Shown: positions 47,036-61,100, counted from the first letter of the whole stretch. The stretch is 63,751 bases of DNA, filler included, from Octopus bimaculoides (GCF_001194135.2; 7 parts of 6 records of this genome joined end to end with filler, not necessarily neighbours in it), one strand, 5' to 3'. Made by a program: numbers and translations. Notes: a model not told the origin generated them from the letters alone.

Positions 47036-48908
47036 TTAAAGCTCTGCTGATCCACGCAATTTGATTTTCGGTGTAATAAACCATTTTTCATTTTAGCCAT
47101 TCTATAATATACATGTAACACCAGAACTATTCATACAGTATAAGTGGTATTTAGTAATCAAATTTATTATCGTTTGCCTTGAGCGGAAAAGCCTGGTTGT
47201 GAGTTCATAAATATAAACGCATGTTTAACAGAGAGTGTCTTCTTGAACTTCCTACCTTTTGGTGTTGCTGATTGGATTAATGAAAAGTACTACGGATGGA
47301 AGCGTTGAAGATGTGTCATTGCTCGACCTACATCACTCAGGCGTAGCTGGTGGCCATCTTTCTAGAATCACAGTAAGAAACGGATGCACCAAGTTTTAGA
47401 ATCGCCTTGAGGTCATGGTGGAAGCTGAGATCGGCCTCTTTGAGTAAATTGTTATCTCTCTGCTATAATCTCACTTATACATTTGTGATTTTTTAAAAAT
47501 AATTTTCATTTTTGAATGGGATATGTCTTTTTTTCTTCCTTTTATTCAAACTGTCAAAATTATCCCGAACGCCCTTTACATTTGTGCATGTATTGAGGGC
47601 TACCACTGAAATTCGATAAAAGAATGCAATACAGACCAGTTTCTCTTCCAGTTACATGATCTAATTACATCTCATAAATGCACATAAGTGTCAATCTCTG
47701 CTCTTTTTTTTTTCTTGAGTTCTAACGTAGCATAATCTCTCATATAACAAAATTAAAAACTGGTAGTAGAGAGTTAGTCTTCGATGCAAATGACTGAATA
47801 TAAAATCTATGACCCATAAATCGATAGGCATAGAAGTCTGTTCACAAGATAGATTTCTATGAATTTGATCCGGCTTGTTGTATTTCTAAAGTAACGGCCA
47901 TTTCCTCATTGACAAATAAAGAAGTAAACATTGCAAGCTTCATAAGATTTGTGTCAAATATTTTTGAAAGCGTTGTCTTTGCAATTTTAAACGATATTTT
48001 TTTTTTATCATGTGGCTCTCCACTCGTCATAACTTCAGCTTTATTGCACTGAAGGGTATTGAAAGGGTATGAATCTTCTCTTAAGAGTACCATGTTTTTA
48101 TTAATGAAAATTTGAAACACGAAGATGGGCTCAGATTCCAGTGCATACTTGAAATACCTGACACAGCTGCTCTTACTGTCTCTATTCTTTCTGTTTCTCT
48201 TTTCTCTCGATCCGTTATTTGTGTTTGCATCTCCATATCTTCTTACACACGAATTGGATTCTAAGTGTTCACATCCGTAGAACCATTTGCATCTTTCTGA
48301 TGCCTAACAATGGCAATTCTATTTAAAACAATATTTTTTCGGTTTCTCTAAAACATACATTTGTATTTTATTAATGCGTGAATCGCTAATAAAAAAAATA
48401 ATTACATTTGGTAGGGAGCGAAATTTGGACTTGCACCCAAAAAAAGTTGACTTCACGCTTAAATGAATTTAAATGACTTAAAAAAAAAAACGGAAAACAA
48501 TTTAGAATGGAAGACAGAGGGAGATGTAGGCAATGTGAAGTAAGAGGTGTTGATAAATAGAAGTACAGAGTCAGTGAAAAAGGAGTTAAAAAGATTAGAG
48601 TAACGGTGAGTAGGGATGTGATGAGAAGCTAAAAGCACCAAAAGCAAGGGGGAAATGGTGGTAGTTTTAGAGGGGCGGATGTAGAAAGGAACAAAGGGCA
48701 ATAAAGCGTGGAACAAAGAGTGAGAAAGAGAAACTTGAAAGAAGCAAAGATTTCAATGAAGAATAGAAAGAGAGGCAGAGCCCTTGTAAGACAGAAATTC
48801 AGCAGTGTGGTTGCAATTTGAGATACAACAATAGTAGCATACAATGGAAAGAGGGGTTTGCAGAGAAGATAGACACACACAATCACTCTCTCACTCTCTC
48901 ACTCTCTC

Positions 48909-48950
<42 letters not shown>

Positions 48951-50795
48951 GCACACACGCATACACATACATACATCACTCACTCGAAGCGTCAAAAGCT
49001 CTCTTCTTTTATCGAGCGTCAAACTAATACATTCATGTGCACGTCCACTTTTTTTTTAATCTTCAGTTTTTCGGTTTGACTACATACATACATGCATACT
49101 TACCTACCTACCTACCTACCTACCTACCTACCTACCTACCTACCTACATACATACATACATACATACATACATCTGATAGTATTTTGTTTATGAAAATAT
49201 TAAAAAAAAATACAAGCTTGAGAAAATAAGACCTAGCCCTCTTTCTGCATTCTGGTAACCAATTCTTTTTCGAAACCTTTTACCCTTGGGGAAATACTTA
49301 TTTTACTCTAGCGTAGAACGAAGTGCGCAGAATCAAATCGAATGTACTTACCATTTTCTCGTTAAATTTTCGTGTTAATACCTTTATCCATATTGGTGTC
49401 AGTTACACCTGCTTTGGACAACTATTTAATCAAAGATAAACGCTATTTTAATATCATTGTCAAAATATAAGACAGTCTTTAATGGCACAATGAGTTCTTA
49501 GCCATTTGCAATATAGAATTTGATTTGTTGTCCACGAAAGAAGATTTTTGTTTCAGCTGTTATTATTTCATCGTTTGTGCTCCTTTGAATACGTTCTTGT
49601 TTAGTAACTAACTTACTGTAACAAAACATAGTACAAGTCGACGTTATTCGCGTATGGCTGGATAGTTCCTATTCTATTAAAGTTGACAATTACTGTCGTT
49701 TTCATGCTGAAATTATTACCTCATTATTGTTCTGGAGAGAAAAAATGAACTCTATTTATGCCATTACATTTGAAGAACAGATTTTAATACACTGTGAAGT
49801 ATGATTATATTTTTTTCTTTGTTTTTGATTGGTTGTTTTCGTCAAGTACTCTTAGACGTTAGGATAAAGTATAATTGAACGGCGTACACAAAATGGAACC
49901 GGTCTTCCTTTGTGTTTATATGTCATCCATATTAATGCTTTTCATTAGACATCGGCTGATTATCCCCTGCAAATTTACCAATCTTACAGCGTTCTATCAA
50001 CGTTTATAGATCAATTTATGGTAGCCAGTTAGGAACATAATAAGCCGATATTTCGATGAAAAATCCTTTGGTAATCTTCTTTTGTGGCGTGGTGAGTGTC
50101 ATTATACTTTATCCAGTAATAAAACATCAAAATACTTGTTCATGTTTAGCCAATACTTCTTCGAAAACGAATATGACGTGGTTTTATAACATGTTGAACA
50201 AATCACCATTTTGTCGTCCATTTTACTTGCAAATACTGTAGAAAATCACGAAGCCAATTTTTATTGCCTTCTTTATAATGATCTGCTAAAATGATGTTTT
50301 CGGTTGTTATATCTATATTACATTCGTTTAGAACGAATGTAATATAGATCGATTCTATCTTATTTAACTTTATACCTGTATACTTTTACACTTGTCTGTC
50401 GATATAATGATTTCTCGACATAGCCATAAACGACTCGTGTTGGCGTGAAGGCTCTAGTCGATTTGATAAACCTCAATAATTGAATGCTTTAATTTCATCG
50501 ACCTGAGAAAGATGAAAGATAAAACTCGTAAACGTTAAATATTTATAATATCAGTACAACTACACGCATTTCAGGGGTGGGGTAGGGTGGGAACAGGTGT
50601 AAAGCAGGTTACGTTTTCCTCAGGACTTGACTAGTACTTGCCTTTGACGACCTTAGGAAGATTTCAGACGTGAAATTTNNNNNNNNNNNNNNNNNNNNNN
50701 NNNNNNNNNNNNNNNNNNNNNNTTAATTAATTAANNNNNNNNNNNNNNNNNNNNNNNNNNNNNNNNNNNNNNNNNNNNATATATATATATACATT

Positions 50796-50848
<53 letters not shown>

Positions 50849-50849
50849 C

Positions 50850-50881
<32 letters not shown>

Positions 50882-51718
50882 TTGTCAGACAGACATTTAC
50901 CTGGAGAGAAAGCGATAAAGAGAGTGAGAGAGGGGAAGATAGAGAGTGAGAGAAATGAAAGCGAGGAAAGAGAGAGGGAGAAAGAGAGGTGAGAGAGATA
51001 TATATTACATAGAGCCATAGAATGATAGCTGACTGAACGACGAAGCAAGACGAAGAAGAAAATAATGTGGAATTGTCAAAGACTTTACGAATATTTTAAG
51101 CATCGCCAGAGAGCAGAGAAATAAGTAGCTCCAGGAAGTGTTATAACAAATGATGGAGAAGAAGAGGTAGAGAGGTGGAAAGACTGCATAGCACAGAGTG
51201 ATGACAAAAAAGAAAAAAAGAAGAAAAAAAGAATAACAGAAAGAAAAAAATAGAGTTAGAGAACCAGAGTGAGATATTTTGACACCATATTATTTATCCG
51301 GATGTTCATACGCACAAGAGGAGTGGAGAGGGCGGGAAAATGATGTCGGAGTTGTGTTGATATTAAAATTGATAACACATAGAGGGAATACACCGCAGCG
51401 TAGTGCGTACGGTGTATATTACCATTATGCAAAGAAATTGTATTTACAATGTCTATTTAAGAAAAACGACCAAGAAACACACACATACACGTAAAGCAAA
51501 AACTAGAAAAAAAAAACGGTTATTGTATAACTAATATATTACATAACAAATATCTTCCACAGTAATAATAGTTTCATATATATATTTACATATATTTACA
51601 CACAAATACGTGTAAATGCGATGATGGAAGAGTAAAATTTGAAAGGCAAATATATGTTTTCTACATACATATATGCATCTACATGTATATATGTATATAT
51701 ATATAGTCATATGTATAT

Positions 51719-51752
<34 letters not shown>

Positions 51753-51939
51753 CAATGCATGTATATATGTGTATATATACTCGACAGAGAGATTTGTCAG
51801 TAAATAAGGGTACAATCACAACGTAAGTCGTATAGAGCTGTGTATCTTTTATATGATATGTTACGTGGTTTTTATTATTTTCAAATATTTATTGGCAGTT
51901 TTCTTTACATATTCGCACGATTGAAGTGACGTAAACAGG

Positions 51940-52014
51940 AGCAGTTATATGGAAATGCTTTACTTCATGAATATACTCAAACACACACAGACATACACAG
52001 ACACACACACACAG

Positions 52015-52045
<31 letters not shown>

Positions 52046-52226
52046 CACACACGCACACACGTTAGTACATACATATGTATATATATACGTACTCACACGT
52101 ATATGATAATTATTATGTGCACGTACATATATGTCTATATGTGCACGTATCTACATCGACATACATCTTTCTGTCAGTCTATCTACCTATCTATCTATCT
52201 GTTTATCTATCTATACATCTATTTAT

Positions 52227-52282
<56 letters not shown>

Positions 52283-52535
52283 ATATATGTCAACTCATAT
52301 TTTACTGTTTCAATGTATAGGAACTATTGTTGGTAATACTGTTATACCTTACTCCGAGTTTCATACTTGAGAAAACTACGCAAGTGTACATGTCTAAAAA
52401 TACTCAATGAGACACACACACGCACACACACANNNNNNNNNNNNNNNNNNNNNNNNNNNNNNNNNNNNNNNNNNNNNNNNNNNNNNNNNNNNNNNNNNNN
52501 NNNNNACGTATATGCATACATAAATACATACATCC

Positions 52536-52570
<35 letters not shown>

Positions 52571-52629
52571 GTATGTGCGTGTGTGTGTGTGTGTGTGCGT
52601 GTGTTTGTGTGTACGTGTGTGGGTAGGCA

Positions 52630-52672
<43 letters not shown>

Positions 52673-53007
52673 CATAAATGCTTATATATACAAATATATG
52701 TAAACATAAACACATACACACATACACAAATATATATATATTCATGCGTAGAAACATATACATGTATATGTATATATAATTACATTCGTTGCAATATTCG
52801 TGTTTTATCAATATTCACACGGATAGCTGGCAAATGGTGATATAAGATTCATGGGTAATAAATATTTGCCACAGCTAGAATATATATATCCTCATATACA
52901 TACATAAACATGGATGATAAATTACTTGCATAGAAATTTATACATTCCGGCTTAAACAGGCCAGCTTATTTATATTTATAACGTCACACAATCGTGCATG
53001 TTCAGAC

Positions 53008-53041
<34 letters not shown>

Positions 53042-53055
53042 ATGCATGTATATGC

Positions 53056-53093
<38 letters not shown>
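51940..53093. repeat. Compound CA/TA/TATC/GT microsatellite field
   Basis: Read directly. Confidence 0.9.
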
Positions 53094-53193
53094 NNNNNNN
53101 NNNNNNNNNNNNNNNNNNNNNNNNNNNNNNNNNNNNNTTAATTAATTAANNNNNNNNNNNNNNNNNNNNNNNNNNNNNNNNNNNNNNNNNNNN

Positions 53194-53360
53194 ATACGAC
53201 GGGCTTCTTTCAGTTTCCGTCTACCAAATCCACTCACAAGGCTTTGGTCGGCCCGTGGCTATAGTAGAAGACACTTGCCCAAGATGCCACGCAGTGGTAC
53301 TGAACCCGGGACCATGTGGTTGGTAAGCAAGCTACTTACCACACAGCCACTCCTACGCCT
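53194..53360 (-). mobile_element. SINE family B head, young copy
   Basis: A-box TGGCTGTGTGG and B-box GGTTCAGTACC; CpGs intact. Confidence 0.9.
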
Positions 53361-53444
53361 ATAAAAGAGCTATGACCACTATATATATATATATATAGAT
53401 AGATAGATAGATAGATAGACAGATGTAGGCAGGTAGGTAGGTAG

Positions 53445-53483
<39 letters not shown>

Positions 53484-53599
53484 GATAGAGAGAGAGGGAG
53501 AGGTAAGTACATAGACAGACAGACAGATAAATAGAGGTAGGGATGGAGGCAGGGAGAGAGGGTGATACGAAGACTGTAAAAGAAAGGGTGTGATAGAAA

Positions 53600-53830
53600 T
53601 AGGGAGCGAGAAGGAACGCGATTTAACTTTGATCACACAGTCCTCTCCGATTACACGAACTGCGCAGTTCCGGCGCCTGTATGGAATTCCCTTCGACCGA
53701 CTCGCATGACCTGAATCACGTGACATGCTATCCGTGACCTCAATTTTTGCCCGACCCCGTCCTGCTTTCTCTTGCTCGGGCTAGCCTATCTCTGCCACAT
53801 CTCTTCCGCTATATTTTCTTCCTGTACAAC
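53600..53830. promoter_or_regulatory. Candidate CpG-rich promoter-like patch
   Basis: Locally CpG-rich non-repeat sequence with palindromes GAACTGCGCAGTTC (53657-53670) and TCACGTGA (53716-53723). Confidence 0.3.
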
Positions 53831-53919
53831 GCTCACTCACACTCACATTCAACACTCACACTCACATATACTGGAGTGTATGCCTGTCCAAATATAAACA
53901 AATACGGTTTTGTATTTGT

Positions 53920-54760
53920 TAGCAAGAACGTCAGTGCGTCGGACAAAATACATAGAAGCGTTTCTTCCGGCTTGCTCGTGGTTGACTTTGCTTTTCATTC
54001 TTTCGGGATCGATAAAATAAAGTACTTGTCAAGTACTGAGGTCGGTGCAGTACTGGGGAAGTTACCTGCTTTTCCCCTCCAAATCGATTATTGCGTTCTC
54101 TATACAAGGGCAGCGAGCTGTCAGAAGTGTCAGGCAGCCGAACAAAATGCCTAATAGCATTTCATTCGGCTTTACGTCCTGAATCGCGGTCGACATTGCG
54201 TTTCATCCCATTCGGGGTTGCTGAAATAAGTACCAGCTAAGTGCTGGGGTCCGGGGGGGGGATGTAATCACCTCACCCCCTCCCCTCAAAACCTCTGGTC
54301 TTGCGTCAAAATTAGAAAGATCTATTATTACATTTTCTATAGAAGGACGGTGAGCTGACAGAAGCGTCAGCCCGCCGGACAAAATGTTTAGTAGCATTTC
54401 ATCCGGCTTTACGTTCTGCCGCGATCGACATTGCCTTTGATCCCTCTCAGGAGGTGGTGGGGTCGTTTGAGCGCTGGGGTTGGGGTTGGGGTAATCGACT
54501 CATCCTCTCCCCTCACAACTGATTATTACATTTTTTTTACACAAAGACGGCGAGCCGGCAGAAGCTTCAGCTATCCGGACGAAATGCCTAATGGCATTTG
54601 GTCCGGCTCTACGTCCTGAGTTCAAATAAAGCCGCGGTCAACATTGCCTTTCTTCCCTTTCAGGCTCGCTGAAATAAGTACCAGATGAGCAATGGGGTCG
54701 GGATCGATCTAATCGACTCACCTCCTCTCTCGAAATTGCTGGCCATGGGACTAAATTCTT
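53920..54760 (+). repeat. Head-to-tail array of four diverged family C SINE-derived units
   Basis: Units start near 53920, 54086, 54322 and 54521; the last three share an upstream ATTATT(A/G)C.TTT..TA.A.AA.G.C flank. Confidence 0.75.
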
Positions 54761-55152
54761 TTCTGCTCTAGGCAGAAGGCCCGAAATTTTTATATCGACC
54801 CCAGTACGCAACTGGTACTTAATTTATCGGCCCCGAAAGGATGAAAGGCAAAGTCGACCTCGGCGGAATTTGAACTCAGAACGTAACGCTAAGCATTTCG
54901 CCCGGCGTGCTAACGTTTCTTATTTCTGTATTGTCCACAAGGGGCTAAACATAGAGGGAATAAACAAGGACAGACAAAGGGATTAAGTCGATTACATCGA
55001 CCCCAGTGCGTAACTGGTACTTAATTTATCGACCCCGAAAGAATAAAAGGCAAAGTCGACCTTGGCGGAATTTGAACTCAGAACGTAACGGCAGACGAAA
55101 TACCGCTAAGCATTTCGCCCGGCGTGCTAACGTTTCTGCCAGCTCGGCGCCT
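54760..55152 (-). mobile_element. Two adjacent young family C SINE copies (partial tandem)
   Basis: 54787-54918 nearly repeats 54996-55136; CpGs intact. Confidence 0.9.
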
Positions 55153-55436
55153 TGACCATGTGTTTAAATTATTAAAAAGAGTCGGTTGGTCTTTGATATT
55201 TTGTTTTGTTTCTCGTCGTTAGTCGGCCGTATTACAGAGACAGTAGCTTAACCCCGCTCTACTATACTTGGGCTGTTTACAGAAGCAAGTACCTAACCCC
55301 ATGTACATTCCCCACCTCTCCACTCTTGCATACACCACGGACGAAAAGCAAAGTCAATAGGCTGGCAGCATCCATGGATTCGCCAGTTCCAATCTCTCGT
55401 TCCTCAAATTTGTATTGACCTGGCACAAATTTGGAA

Positions 55437-55751
55437 CCCAGTCGGTTACGACGAGGAGGGTTCCAGTTGATCCGATCAACGGAACAGCCTGCTCATGAAA
55501 TTAACGTGCAAGTGGCTGAGCACTCCGCAGACACGTGTACCTTTAACGTAGTTCTCGGGGATATTCAGTGTGGCACAGAGTGTAACAAGGCTGGCCCTTT
55601 GAAACACAGATACTACTCATTTTTGCCAGCTGAGTGAACTGGAACAACGTGAAATAAAGTGTCTTGCTCAAAAGCACAAAGCGCCACCATGTATTGAACA
55701 CACGACCTTACGATTATGAGCCGAATACCCTAACCACTAAGCCACGCGCCT
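55437..55751 (-). mobile_element. SINE family A
   Basis: Collinear with 1066-1444 and 44537-44850. Confidence 0.88.
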
Positions 55752-56499
55752 CCACATATATAACTGTACATATCTACATTACGATTCTCTGTAGAATTTA
55801 TTCCCTTAATCTTTTTTTTTTAAACGATCAATAAATTGTCCCTTTCAAGGAAGCAGGATTTTATTATTGTAGTGAGCACAGTTTGTACAGAGCCAGTCCC
55901 AATCTCTCGTCTCCCAAATTTGTATTGATCTGGTACAAACAAATACCAAGAGCCCAGTATTTATCAGGACGTAGGATTTGTATAGAATTATCTTCTCATA
56001 GATGAGCAGCTAAAGAGCTAAAGGGCCTCATTTGCTCTGGGTCGGTTGGGGATGTCCTTCCTCTAGAGTTAATTCCGTGATGTGCTAATTAACCCAAATT
56101 GTGGCTACTATTATGCTCAGGTAAGAACAGACCAGAGAACAATAGTAGCTAAGATGTTGCTCCGCACTCCGGAAAGCCCGAACCAGAGCCTCACTATCGG
56201 ATGCAGTTTAAACTTATACCCAGGACTAGAAAGAATTATTATTTTATATACAGCATTCAGTGCATAACATTTTCCTTAATGGCTATCGATTACGAAGCTT
56301 AGTACTTTTAGTACCTTCTGATAACATCACTCCCTTGCTCAAGTGTAACACAAGTGTATTGAAGTTACCAAGAAATAATTGCGTTCTTTTTATCAAGGCT
56401 ATGTCACCATTTCTTTTTCTCCTACTACATATAACATACCAAACTACACGAAGTTTTCGCCATTGTAACTATACAACAAACATTTTATTTTACTGCTCA

Positions 56500-57240
56500 T
56501 TGAAGATTTGTTATTTGCTTTCAACTTGTTCCCCCCACCCCCGGCTCAAATTCCAGATCAACACATAAACACACCAAACACTTTCTCACCTCTGAAATTA
56601 ACTCTGTCAAACCGTGACCGTCTCTCTGAACTTCTAGGCTTTTTCCAACACAACTGCCCAGCACATAACATGCTACATAGCAGCCACATCCTCCCAGACC
56701 CTATAACACTTTTTACAGCTCTACCAGTTTTTTGGGAGTGGGGTTTGCCACTTATCCCCGACAGCACACGCACTTCAATCCTTCGTCATCATCCTTGTTT
56801 TTTTTTTTATTTTCTTGGCGGGGGGGGGGTAATTCCCTTTAAATCCTCCACACAACAAAACCTCTATGTCACAAGTCTTCCAATACTGCGGATCGGATAA
56901 AAAAAATAGAACCCACAACGCCTGAAGCATCTCAGCCATTCTCCAAAACTAGATAAATATTTAGCCAGCAGCACATCTCTTGTAATCAACCATACGGCGC
57001 ACAAAGGATTCTTTCATATATCGAACGACCCTCAAGTGTTCTCGTTTTCCGAATGCAGCCGATCCTTCTGGACTTTTACCGAAAGAATCTCCGACAATTT
57101 CGAGAAGACCTTTTTTGCTCTTCTTTATAATAATGATGGCTCTGTAAGAAATACGTCCAGGGGAAAAATCCTCGATACTAGCGACCCACTTTGCATGGAA
57201 CTCACCACCGCACATACTTGACCATTCTTTCTAGTTGGTG
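56500..57240 (-). mobile_element. Possible degraded L1/Tx1-type LINE pieces
   Basis: Weak resemblance only (SFVRRMV; CVGKSLEVQ...RGEKVFGVF); no diagnostic motif intact. Confidence 0.3.
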
Positions 57241-58199
57241 GTAATCATGCATAGCACTATTTCATTCTTTTTAGCTATCTTCAGCATGATTTAACCCGTA
57301 CCTTATTAAGTAGCGATATTTCGAAGAGAGATATGTCATTAAAATTTTAAATGCAATTAATTACAGTCTAGGGAAAATTCATAGAATTTTTATCTCCATA
57401 AAACGCTGGTAGTTTAAGAATGGGTAGAAAGAGAACATTCCTAGTATTTACATGCGGAGTAGTAGCCATTTCCATGGGGATTCTACACATAGCCAATAGT
57501 TTCAACATAAACTACAAATGATTTCACAAGAGTTTGTCGATATATTGCCGGTGAAGTCATCTTTCCGGCTGTTATCTTCTATATGTAATCTCTTCGAGTA
57601 CCGATCTATATATAGAGTCTTAATGAGTTTTGTAAAGTGCAATGGTAATTTAAAAAGTGGTGATCAGATATCCAGAAATTTCAGTTATCCGACAACAGCC
57701 CGATCTCAGGGGTGCCAGATAGGAGGAAGTTTATTGTATTTATTTCCTTTTTGCTTACCATCAGCATGTCCTATCTATAATAAACCTGGTATAAATACTC
57801 TACATACGTTGATTGCTATGTATGACACATCGTCTGATACGTAACTCGATACCACTAGTCCTCAATATACGGGACAATCTGACGTCGCAAAGTTGACGAA
57901 TCTTACAAACCGCTTACTCTCCGGAGCCACCAGACTGACGACTTAGAACCCAAAATAAGATGCTTTGTAGTCAATATTTTATCAAACTTTCACATGACCT
58001 ACAACTGGCCATTGAAGGCCCTGCTCAAAATATTCTCAGAAGTCACCTTTAAATTCTCGTTTCACTAATGATGTAGTCGCTCATCTACATGCATATATAN
58101 NNNNNNNNNNNNNNNNNNNNNNNNNNNNNNNNNNNNNNNNNNNTTAATTAATTAANNNNNNNNNNNNNNNNNNNNNNNNNNNNNNNNNNNNNNNNNNNN

Positions 58200-58230
<31 letters not shown>

Positions 58231-58239
58231 GTATATATG

Positions 58240-58270
<31 letters not shown>

Positions 58271-58342
58271 ATATATATACATATATATATATACACGCCC
58301 GCACGCACACTCTCTCTCTCTCTCACACACACACATATATTT

Positions 58343-58374
<32 letters not shown>

Positions 58375-58739
58375 CACTTAGGTATTGCGAGACTAATAAC
58401 TTGATGTACAACTCAGTAAACATATGCTTCAGAATGAAATGTTAAACGAACATACAGCGGTAATAAGACTTAATTGCCTTTTGGTTATATACTTTTTTAT
58501 ACATCTGTAATGCCTTTCTCACTGGTAATACCTTTCTCTATATATGTATATGCACAAATGTAATTCTTTTTCCAAAATGACTTGCACTTTACATTCGAAG
58601 CTCTGACGAAACTATTGGGTGTTATTCAGGCACTCATCTATGAGTCCACTGCATCTTGTACCAGAAACAGTTGTAAGCAAATGAAGTTCATAAAAAAAAA
58701 CTGCTTTTTTTCCTTTCTCATCTCTTATTCTTATACTAT

Positions 58740-58910
58740 GTAAATATGTGTGTGTGGTGTGACGAGCTTCTAGTTTCCGTCTGTCAAATTTACTCACGAG
58801 GCCTTGGTCCATCGGGGCTATAAGAGAAGATACATGCCCAAAGTACTGCATAATAGGACTTGTGTTCAGTCCCATTATGCGGCACGAAGACAACCACGCT
58901 TGGGCTTGCA
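58740..58910 (-). mobile_element. SINE family B head, diverged
   Basis: GACGAGCTTCTAGTTTCCGTCTGTCAAATTTACTCACGAGGCCTTGGTC matches the family B head. Confidence 0.7.
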
Positions 58911-58932
58911 TTTATGCTTATAATGCAAAAGT

Positions 58933-60210
58933 GTTGAGGGGTCCTGAAAGGTATTTGGCTTTTAAGTCTATCGCGAAAGGGCAGAGCTGTTACCTTTACA
59001 GGTGAGGTAGGTCAACTATTAAGGAGAAGATGAGCAAAAATTATGATGGTATACAATATATCTTTCACTTTTTTGCAGATTTAACGCATGATAGCAGCTC
59101 CTACAGTGAATTGTGGTAAAACTGATTGCCGGGCGATCATGAAGTTTCTCTTTTTGCAAGACAAAGGAGCGGCGGAAATCTATGGCGAGATGAAGGAAGC
59201 CTTGAAGGATGGGTGCCTATCTTATTCCACAGCGAAAATTTAGGTGTCAAGTTCGGACTGGTCATTTCGAAGTCGCAGATGAACCCCGGTCAGAACGGTC
59301 AAATTCCGCGACCACACAGGACAAAGCTGACGTTGTGCACATCATGATTCTCGAGGATCGCCGGATTTCAGCTGAAGTAATAGCTGATACTTTGGGGATT
59401 TCCTGCGAAAGAGTTGGCTACAGCATCCACAAGAGTCTGGACATGAGAAAGCTTTCCGCAAAATAGGTGCCGAAATGCCTGAACGGAGGTCAGAAGCGCA
59501 TCAGAGTAACGACATTAAAGGTGATTTTAGACCGGCCGGCAGCGGGAGAAGCAGATTTTATCGCTCATTTAGTCACCATGGATGAAACTTAGCTTCATTA
59601 TGATCTACAGACCAAGCAGCAATTAATGGAGTGGTGCCACAGCGATTCACTGCGTCCTAAAAAGTGTCGGACCCTAAAATCAGCTGGAAAGATTCTGGCT
59701 TCATTGTTCTGGGAGAAAGACGGAATACTCCTCATAAAATACCTATAATAGGGTCGCGCCATTAACGCAAAATACTACATATCTTTGTTGGATGAACTGC
59801 GTGAAGCTTTAAAGCAGAGACGCCGTGGAAAGCTGAGCGATGGCGTCCTGTTTTTGCAGGACAATGCATAAACACACACAGCACATGGAACTCAACGGAA
59901 AATATGCGACTTTGGCTACCAATAGGTAGACCACATACCTTACGCGCCTGCCTTAGCCCCTTCCGACCTTCACCTCTTTCCACAGCTGAAGAAACATCTC
60001 AAGGGAACAAAATTTCACTCCAATTCGGAAGTGATTGCTGCTACAGAGACCTGGTTGGAGACCCAACCTACTGTGTTCTTTTTACGTGGCTTAGAAAAAC
60101 TGAAAGACAACTGCAGCGAGTGTGTGAATCTGACAGGGATAAAATCATAATTAACTGATCCTCCTGTATTTTCTTTTACCCAAAGCCAAGAAATTTTCAA
60201 CGCCCCTTCA
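58933..60210 (+). mobile_element. Near full-length mariner (~1.28 kb) with a pseudogenised transposase
   Basis: RAIMKFLFLQ, FRTGHFEVADEPRS, MRKLSAK*VPKCL, VTMDET, FLQDNA and LAPSDLHLFPQLKKHLKG; TIR-like ends GAGGGGTCCTGAAAG and TTTCAACGCCCCTTCA|TA. Confidence 0.93.
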
Positions 60211-60649
60211 TAAGTGAAACTGAGCGCGTATTTTTATTACTGCGGATCATTGACCTGGAAATATATGAAGAACAAAGTAAGTTCTGTGGAGAACGTCTCT
60301 GCTATTGGATCCACCCTCAGAATTTCTGCTTTCTACTGCCATACTTAAGTAGAGGATGTCAAACCGCTTTATTTTTATCGACTAGGTAGGTAAAGCAAAA
60401 ACGATGGAACGCTGAAAGGTACTGTAATGGCTAAGCTCAGGTCGTTGCCTCCCTAACATAGACTTATCTCTTCCTTCAAGTATCAATTCAAGTGGATGGT
60501 GAGTGTTCCTTCAGCCAGTAAATCGTATGAAAAGTGCTTCAGACTTACAAGATTATTATAAAACTATGTTTTTACTCTACATTACGTTTGGGGTCTACGG
60601 CCTTATGAAAGCATTTCAATGAGTTTCGGCGGTCGTCTTTTCTCTTAAG

Positions 60650-60715
60650 TGGCAGCATATATATAGGTACATATGTGTATATTGTACTTATGTATATGTT
60701 TACGTATATAGATAT

Positions 60716-60761
<46 letters not shown>

Positions 60762-61048
60762 ATGTATGTATGTATATATATATATATATATATGTGTGTA
60801 TATATGTATATATATATATATACACACAAACATATATATACATATATATATATATACATGTATATATACATATATACATACATATATGCATATATACATA
60901 TATACATACAAATATTTAAAAACATAATTACATACACTCACAAAGTGTGCATTATGTACTAATCTCATATACATACGTATATATACATGATTATATATGT
61001 GTGTGTAAATATATATTATATGTACACATGTATGTACGTATGTATATA

Positions 61049-61100
<52 letters not shown>

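Noticed and set aside
47200-47465. Possible minus exon DNNLLKEADLSFHHDLKAILKL
   Set aside because: Weak acceptor and donor; peptide not recognised
58600-58680. CTGACGAAAC / CTATGAGTCC...GAAAC hammerhead-like words
   Set aside because: The core order and stem II pairing are not satisfied
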